The translations under genes and the position numbers were made by a program. A DNA stretch of 51,605 bases from a virus. Taxonomy: Duplodnaviria > Caudoviricetes. Position 1 is the first letter of the stretch. Each line of letters starts with the position of its first letter. This document shows positions 45,863 to 51,605 of the stretch, in pieces. The notes beneath the pieces were generated by a model that did not search any database, was not told the DNA's origin, and was given only the letters and a program-made list of their open reading frames with translations. The stretch covers positions 1 through 51,605 of IMG/VR virus record IMGVR_UViG_3300025120_010366; one strand, 5' to 3'.

Positions 45863-46202
45863 ATGTTGACACAAATAATTCTACCATATCTTCTGCTTGT
45901 AAAAACTTTTCAATGGTTTGACTTTGTTGAAGATCCTTTGTAAACTGTGCTTTGACCGTAGGTTTAACACTAGGTGCAGTTAATAATCTTCTCAACACTG
46001 TGGCTTGTTTAAATGTTACTTTAAATTTTTTGCCATCATCTGTTATCACTGTGTCTAATGGTCTTGGATTGCCTTGACTGTCCAATATTTTCCCCAACTG
46101 ATTGAATATAGAATCCTGTTTGAATTCTCTATCCATTCCTGAATTTGGATCATCTGCTGGATCTATGTCTTTAAACTCTTTTATAAATTCTTTTGCTTTC
46201 AT
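45828..46202 (-). CDS. Putative internal head protein
   Basis: MKAKEFIKE N-terminus, similar to the T4 capsid-targeting sequence; AGGAG SD. Confidence 0.7.
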   Translation of the reverse strand: MKAKEFIKEFKDIDPADDPNSGMDREFKQDSIFNQLGKILDSQGNPRPLDTVITDDGKKFKVTFKQATVLRRLLTAPSVKPTVKAQFTKDLQQSQTIEKFLQAEDMVELFVSTYGIDKAEPSNY

Positions 46203-46213
46203 TTTTGTTCTCC

Positions 46214-47347
46214 TTATCTATTTATCGCTCTGTTGGCTTTGGTGAAGCCAGAACGTTTCACTAATTTAATATTACCTTCAGGAGACCCTAAAACATAGCC
46301 TTCACCACCTGGTTTACCATTTATTGTTGCTGTTATATCGCCTTGTGCTTGATCCAATTGATTGATGATTGAATCCTTTACTTTCATTATTCCACCAACC
46401 AAAATCCACAGTTTGCTGAATGCTTTCATATTTGCTGTCACATATTCTTTAATCTTGATTCTTTTAGGCTGACTCACAGCACTTGCCGCCAACCATCTTA
46501 AAAAGTCTTCACCTATTTTGTTTAAACCTGTGTCCACTTTGCTGTTGGTGTAGGTGTATAAAATGTTAGGTAGATCAGTTAGTTTCATTTCGGCTATTTT
46601 GTTTTTGTTCAACAGTTTGTCTATTTCTGCTCCACTGTTGTTGACAAGAGATTTTAATTGATCTAATCCTTTCACTTGAATAGGATCTTTTTTATTAAGT
46701 GTTGTGGGTGGGATTGCTAACACACTGCCTTGCACCATGTCTAAATCTTTAATGGGTAAAATTTTTCCATCTTCAGTCATTGTGTGATGTATAACAACAC
46801 CCACTTTGCTGTTGGCAATTTGTTGTCCTATATCACTGTTCACATTCACAGCATATTCAACCACGTTGGGTTTGAACATAAATTTATCGCCTGATTTTTT
46901 TGGAGTTTGAAAGTACAACATATCTCCAACAAAGTATCCTTGAAAGTTTTCAGGTACTGCTTGTTGTAATGTGTCAAACACTGATGCCATCTTAGAAGCA
47001 TACTGTGCCTGTGCTTTTCTTTTTGCAGGATCTTTTCCTCTTCCAGCAATAGCACTTTTTAAGTCTGCTGGATTGGTTGCTCTACCGTCATAACCTTTTG
47101 CAACAAAGCCTGACTTGTCTGTAAAAATAAATTCTCCATTAGGATTTCTGCCAAACACCACAGCAGGTGAACCGTCCCATTTGATTGTAAGTGACTGTGT
47201 GCTTTTGCTTAATGATTGTAATTGTTCAATTGCTCTTATGGCTCCTCTTGAACCTTCCCAGAAAATTAAATCTTCTGCGTGTTGAATTCTTGATTCTTTG
47301 AGAGCGACATTCTTTTTGTCAACTTCTTTAAATTCTACTAGTCTCAT
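46214..47347 (-). CDS. ATP-dependent RNA-ligase-like nucleotidyltransferase
   Basis: TIKWDG (motif I KxDG), VGDML (III-like), GEGYV (IV), IKLV (V); no C-terminal OB domain evident. Confidence 0.65.
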   Translation of the reverse strand: MRLVEFKEVDKKNVALKESRIQHAEDLIFWEGSRGAIRAIEQLQSLSKSTQSLTIKWDGSPAVVFGRNPNGEFIFTDKSGFVAKGYDGRATNPADLKSAIAGRGKDPAKRKAQAQYASKMASVFDTLQQAVPENFQGYFVGDMLYFQTPKKSGDKFMFKPNVVEYAVNVNSDIGQQIANSKVGVVIHHTMTEDGKILPIKDLDMVQGSVLAIPPTTLNKKDPIQVKGLDQLKSLVNNSGAEIDKLLNKNKIAEMKLTDLPNILYTYTNSKVDTGLNKIGEDFLRWLAASAVSQPKRIKIKEYVTANMKAFSKLWILVGGIMKVKDSIINQLDQAQGDITATINGKPGGEGYVLGSPEGNIKLVKRSGFTKANRAINR

Positions 47348-48096
47348 ATTTTAATCTTGTTTAATAATGCTCTGTACCAACCAATTGGGTCTTTGATGCT
47401 TTCAGGCAATGTCTTACCCATTTTAGCAAATGAATCTTTTACATCTGCCACCAACGTGTCATAGTCTGATCTATCTTTTATTTTTGCATGAATAGTTTCA
47501 ACTGTATTCAAATCATTAGCAGTTGCACCTTTACCTAATAACAGTTCAGCAATCTTGTTAGGATCTTTAGTGATAGGTTCATTTGTATCTCTGTTTAATA
47601 AACCTGCTTTGTGACTCCATTTGAATCCAAGTGGTTTTGCAATTGATGCCATCATCACGTGTCTGTCTGCACCTTTGTATGGCGAGCCAGGTTGTCCACC
47701 TTGAAGACTCCAACGCATCCATTCAGGATCTCCAAACATTAAATCTGATTGAACGTATCCATTCTTTGCACTGCCTCTAATAGGAGTTTTAAAATGAACA
47801 CTGATGCCACTTTTCTTTACCCACAGTTTAGGATCTTGTTTGTTCTTTATAGCCCATTGTGTCAATGTGTCTGCCAACTGGTCTTTTGAAATTTTATTTT
47901 GATCTACTGCAACATCCAAGTCACCTGATGTTGGTGCTTTACCTGTGGTGCCCAACATATTAGTTTGTAGGTCCAGCCCTGTAATTTTTTCTAACCAGGC
48001 AAGTGTGGGAGCCACATCTGCTTGATTAATTCTTTGTGTGGCTAGTTGCCCATTGGGGTCTTTGAATATGTTGCCGCCTTCTTTAAGAATTGTCAT
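47344..48096 (-). CDS. Pol-beta-superfamily nucleotidyltransferase
   Basis: LGTTG...SGDLDVAV (hG[ST]x-DhD) and a third acid in VQSDLM. Confidence 0.7.
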   Translation of the reverse strand: MTILKEGGNIFKDPNGQLATQRINQADVAPTLAWLEKITGLDLQTNMLGTTGKAPTSGDLDVAVDQNKISKDQLADTLTQWAIKNKQDPKLWVKKSGISVHFKTPIRGSAKNGYVQSDLMFGDPEWMRWSLQGGQPGSPYKGADRHVMMASIAKPLGFKWSHKAGLLNRDTNEPITKDPNKIAELLLGKGATANDLNTVETIHAKIKDRSDYDTLVADVKDSFAKMGKTLPESIKDPIGWYRALLNKIKI

Positions 48097-48349
48097 CTAA
48101 TTTTTTACTTTCAATTATTTTCTTCACACCAACTTGAAACTTTTTTGCTTCTTTGTTACGAATACTGTTCAAGAATCTTCTCTCTAGTTCTTGTGCTTGT
48201 TCTTCTGGGTAATTTTCTCTTATGGTGTTGAGCAGATTCACAGCACTTTCGATGATGTTAGAGCCTGTTGTTTCAATAAAGGCCTCTGCATCATTGACTC
48301 TGCCAATATTTCTTAACTCATCTAGTATGCTTCTGGTACGTTTTTTCAT
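48083..48349 (-). CDS. Hypothetical protein
   Basis: TRSILDEL...IIESA.NL...ELERR.LNSI. Confidence 0.72.
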   Translation of the reverse strand: MKKRTRSILDELRNIGRVNDAEAFIETTGSNIIESAVNLLNTIRENYPEEQAQELERRFLNSIRNKEAKKFQVGVKKIIESKKLDDNS

Positions 48350-48481
48350 AATTCTAGCCTGCTTTTTACTATTTACCGATTAAATCATAATAATAAAGTG
48401 TGTAGGCATAGTATAGCAGGTGTATTTTTGGTTGTCAATCTTTTAATTCCTGGTGTACAAATGCCTATAAATACATACATA

Positions 48482-48760
48482 ATGAACTTTTTACAATTTG
48501 TATCAGACGTAGGGTTTCCAATAGCAGGTGCTGTGGCATCGGGTATATTCATATTCATCATCCTAAAGTTTATCCTAGCAACTGTAACAGGATCTGTGCA
48601 TGGTCTGAAAGCCATTATTCAAGCACTGGACAACAGAGTTCAAACTATGAACAATGACTTGATCAAGATAGATGCATTGCTGTCACACGTTGAAGGAGTA
48701 AGACCTAATGTGGACAGATTAGCCGCCAATGAGGGCAAGGAAGATGCTCGAAAGGATTAG
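48482..48760 (+). CDS. Small membrane protein (YvrJ-like GFPI motif)
   Basis: DVGFPIAGA, TM segment, LDNRV..MNND; TATAAATA 8 nt before the ATG. Confidence 0.7.
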   Translation: MNFLQFVSDVGFPIAGAVASGIFIFIILKFILATVTGSVHGLKAIIQALDNRVQTMNNDLIKIDALLSHVEGVRPNVDRLAANEGKEDARKD

Positions 48761-49018
48761 ATGATCACATTAGAATTAGCAGAAGCAATTAAACAGTTTG
48801 GATTTCCTATCATAGCCGCATTTGGTTTGGGTTACTTTGTTTACTATGTGTGGACTTGGGTAACCAAAGAAATTAAGCCTGTATTAAGTGATGCTAACAA
48901 AACATTGATTGGTCTGATTGACAGAATAAGAATGTTAGACAACGACATGATACGTTTAACACAAAAGTTAAACATGATTCTTGAACAAAAACAAAAAGAA
49001 AAATCCTCAAAAAAGTAA
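48761..49018 (+). CDS. Small membrane protein, paralogue of the upstream gene
   Basis: QFGFPIIAA, TM segment, LIDRIRMLDND. Confidence 0.7.
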   Translation: MITLELAEAIKQFGFPIIAAFGLGYFVYYVWTWVTKEIKPVLSDANKTLIGLIDRIRMLDNDMIRLTQKLNMILEQKQKEKSSKK

Positions 49019-49144
49019 TTTACTATTTGTAAATTTTGTAAATTAAAATTTACAAAAAATCAACACAATTTACACCTAAGACATTGATTTTCCACGAAAT
49101 TTACTATAAGTTTACTATAAGTAAATTTACAAGTATTATTTTAC
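49017..49144. repeat. Array of AATTTAC/GTAAATT motifs
   Basis: About ten copies, including an 11-bp perfect inverted repeat (49034-49057), tandem TTTACTATAAG x2 and the palindrome GTAAATTTAC. Confidence 0.7.
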
Positions 49145-49158
49145 AAAAGGAGAATACA

Positions 49159-49302
49159 ATGTACGAAGATAAAAAGAAGAGCAAAAAAGTATATGTAGAG
49201 AGCACGTGTGTTTCCCGAGATGACTGTTGCTGGGACGAAACATATGAACCCAAAGAAGTCGTTGCTGTAAAAGAAGTAGATAAAAATTCTATACAGGAAT
49301 AG
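49159..49302 (+). CDS. Small Cys-containing hypothetical protein (47 aa)
   Basis: AAGGAG SD before MYEDKKK...TCVSRDDCCWD. Confidence 0.55.
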   Translation: MYEDKKKSKKVYVESTCVSRDDCCWDETYEPKEVVAVKEVDKNSIQE

Positions 49303-51223
49303 TATAAACTTTAATATTTTCAGTCTTACCTTTGACTGTGATGCTGTCAATATACTCAAACGGGTAAACTGTTTCTATTGTGTGTCTTGTGTCCTCACCT
49401 ATCACTATGGTTTTGCCTAACGTTTTGCTTGAACTTTCTAATCTACTTGCTAGATTAACTGCATCGCCTATCACAGAATAATCAAATCTCTGTTCCGATC
49501 CCATGTTGCCTACCAATGCATCGCCTGTGTTGATTCCTATTCCTATGTTGATCTGTGGAAGTCCTTCTGCTTGTAGATGCATATTCAATTCTGCCAATGC
49601 CACAGTCATTTCCAAAGAACTTTTAACTGCTAGTTCTCTGTGTTTTTTATTTTCAATGGGTGCGTTCCAGAATGCCATGATACAGTCACCCATGAACTTG
49701 TCTATTGTTCCACCATTTGAAATTATAACATCTGTCATGCGTGTTAAGAATCTATTAATAAGTTTTGTGAGTCCTGCTGGATTGCCTTTGTACTTCTCGC
49801 TAATAGGTGTGAAGCCTCTGATGTCACAGAACAAGAAAGTCATGTTCTTTGTCTCACCTCCCAGTTTCAATAGGCTGGGATCCTTTTGTAATTTTTTAAC
49901 CATGCCAGGATCAAGATAGTGTTCGAACTGTTTCTTAATCTGTTGTCGCAGTCTGCTCTGTGTGGCAAAGTTGTTGTACACAGAATGAGACCAAATTAAA
50001 AACACAGACAGCATTATCCAAGATGGATCCACAAGGAATCCTTTGTTAGTGTATGCCATGAATGCTCCGTAGGCAACACCTACTTCCACAAATAATAAAA
50101 GAGGTACAGCCAACAACACACTGGTTCTAGGCAGTACTAATATCAACAGCAACAATAACAAAGCCAGGAACGCAATTTCATATGTGTCTGCTTGTGGTGT
50201 ACGCAACAAATATTTGCCTGTTAGCAATGTATCCAATGCTTGAGCAGTAATCATTTGATCTGTTGTAAGTCCATGCGGCGTGTATTTCAACACACTCAAT
50301 CCTGCGGCATCTAAACCTACAACAATAATTCTGCCTTTAACTTTGTTTTCGTTGTAATTGCCTGTAAGTATATCTGTGGCTGACACATTAACATACATTG
50401 AAGGGTCTGCATAGTTAATATACATTTCTGCATTATGATTAACAGGTATACCTGCCTTCTTGCTCACAAGCACTTCATCTATACCATGTTGTTTTGCTAT
50501 GACTTTAATTCTTTTTGATCCGTTTAATAATCTAACATTCTCTAATATCATGCTGGGATATATTTTGCCATTGATGCGTATCAGGACTGGCATTTTTCTT
50601 ACAACAGCATCTGGTTCTGGAGATGTGACATTCACTCCCATGCCTGTTGCACCCACGGAAACTTTTGCATTTGGAGCCACTATGCCTTCATACTCATATA
50701 ACCATGGCTTGACATTGCCTTTTTCTATGATCTGTGTTGTGCTGGGTAAGTTTGTGTCAGCAGTGTTTTTGACACTCATCATTAAAATGGCTTTTTTAGA
50801 TTCTTTCAACACTATAGAGAACACTGCGTCTGTGTCCAATAATGTTTGTCCCAATTGCTCTCGCAAATCATTGGACATAGGCATTGATTTTAAATATTCT
50901 ACACCACTCATTCTGTCTGGTTCAGCAAACAGTATATTGTAGTTCACAAGAATTGCACCTGCATCAGACAACTTTGCGTGTAGCATAGCCATCACGTGTC
51001 TGGGCCAAGGCCATTGTCCATACATCTTAATATCTTGTTCTGTGATGTTTACCACAGTGACAGAATCACTTACCATCTGTCTTGGTTCTACAGTTTGAAA
51101 TTTATCCCACGTTTTGTATCTTAAAATTTTTATTGTGTCACTGTTGTCTATTCTAAGACCAATCAGCACAGCCGCAAACACAATCACCATCCATATGCTT
51201 GTGAATATTTTTGAAATTTTCAT
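49289..51223 (-). CDS. CHASE2-domain class III adenylate/guanylate cyclase
   Basis: GQWPWPR (CHASE2), three TMs, LFCDIRGFT, DKFMGD, GINTG, FDYSVIGDAVNLASRLE. Confidence 0.92.
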   Translation of the reverse strand: MKISKIFTSIWMVIVFAAVLIGLRIDNSDTIKILRYKTWDKFQTVEPRQMVSDSVTVVNITEQDIKMYGQWPWPRHVMAMLHAKLSDAGAILVNYNILFAEPDRMSGVEYLKSMPMSNDLREQLGQTLLDTDAVFSIVLKESKKAILMMSVKNTADTNLPSTTQIIEKGNVKPWLYEYEGIVAPNAKVSVGATGMGVNVTSPEPDAVVRKMPVLIRINGKIYPSMILENVRLLNGSKRIKVIAKQHGIDEVLVSKKAGIPVNHNAEMYINYADPSMYVNVSATDILTGNYNENKVKGRIIVVGLDAAGLSVLKYTPHGLTTDQMITAQALDTLLTGKYLLRTPQADTYEIAFLALLLLLLILVLPRTSVLLAVPLLLFVEVGVAYGAFMAYTNKGFLVDPSWIMLSVFLIWSHSVYNNFATQSRLRQQIKKQFEHYLDPGMVKKLQKDPSLLKLGGETKNMTFLFCDIRGFTPISEKYKGNPAGLTKLINRFLTRMTDVIISNGGTIDKFMGDCIMAFWNAPIENKKHRELAVKSSLEMTVALAELNMHLQAEGLPQINIGIGINTGDALVGNMGSEQRFDYSVIGDAVNLASRLESSSKTLGKTIVIGEDTRHTIETVYPFEYIDSITVKGKTENIKVYTIPV

Positions 51224-51224
51224 T

Positions 51225-51605
51225 TTATCTTTCTTGTAATGCTTGTCCTATGCTGTTGTGAAAAGGTGTTGTAATATAACTTAATATTGTACGTTCGCCA
51301 GTAAGCACGAACACGTGTACCTGAACACCTGGTACCAGTTTGTACTGCATATCTCCATTGGCAAAAATTTGTGAATCTAATTCTAATTCTATCTCGTAGT
51401 AAGACATTGTCTGTCCTTGTACAGCATCTGGTGATATTGAAATCAGTTTTGCTTCGATAGGTAGATATGTGAATGCTTCACTGCTTGCCAGTTTAATTTT
51501 TGCGGATTGTCCTACTTCAACATATCCTCTGTCCTTGACTTGCAGTTGTCCTTGCACTATTAATTTTTGATCCAGTGGAACCAGTATTGCAAGTGGATCA
51601 CCTTG
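51225..51605 (-). CDS. HlyD-family type I secretion membrane fusion protein (5' partial)
   Basis: DRGYV.VGQ...I...ISPDA...L.PG....V.TGERT.LSY...P.....AL.ER C-terminus. Confidence 0.82.
   Translation of the reverse strand, partial: QGDPLAILVPLDQKLIVQGQLQVKDRGYVEVGQSAKIKLASSEAFTYLPIEAKLISISPDAVQGQTMSYYEIELELDSQIFANGDMQYKLVPGVQVHVFVLTGERTILSYITTPFHNSIGQALQER

Noticed and set aside
1-51605. Stop-codon reassignment
   Set aside because: Conserved genes are full length in code 11, and TAA, TAG and TGA all terminate genes at tight operon junctions

Overview
This is an AT-rich, densely coding fragment of a large T4-like (myovirus-type) phage, almost all on the minus strand. The host is probably a marine alphaproteobacterium (SAR11-like is plausible). 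That inference rests on a circularly permuted two-piece tmRNA, DUF1178, hemO plus a pcyX/pcyA-like gene and bS21. Recognisable genes include a baseplate/virion protein, iscA, Fe/Mn SOD, uvsE, four 2OG-Fe(II) oxygenases, queD, a SET protein, DNA ligase, an AAA ATPase, a ParB-like + HNH pair, rpsU, a ClpP-like protease, clpS, hsp20, cspA, an H1-like protein, glutaredoxin, nrdAB, an exonuclease, nifU, a CHASE2 adenylate cyclase and a partial HlyD. Signals that the ORF track does not explain: (1) two -1 frameshift sites (A9-10G) that extend long proteins into start-less frames; (2) a set of proteins with T4-like capsid-targeting/prohead-protease N-termini, including an RNA-ligase-like enzyme, a Pol-beta-type nucleotidyltransferase and SOD; (3) a two-piece tmRNA with a long 23-aa tag; (4) a preQ1-riboswitch-like leader on queD; (5) a ROSE-like thermometer on hsp20; (6) duplicated structured leaders on two late genes; (7) many apparently leaderless genes; (8) recurrent AGGCA, TTTTGGT and AATTTAC motifs. 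All family calls come from motif recognition by eye; no searches were run.
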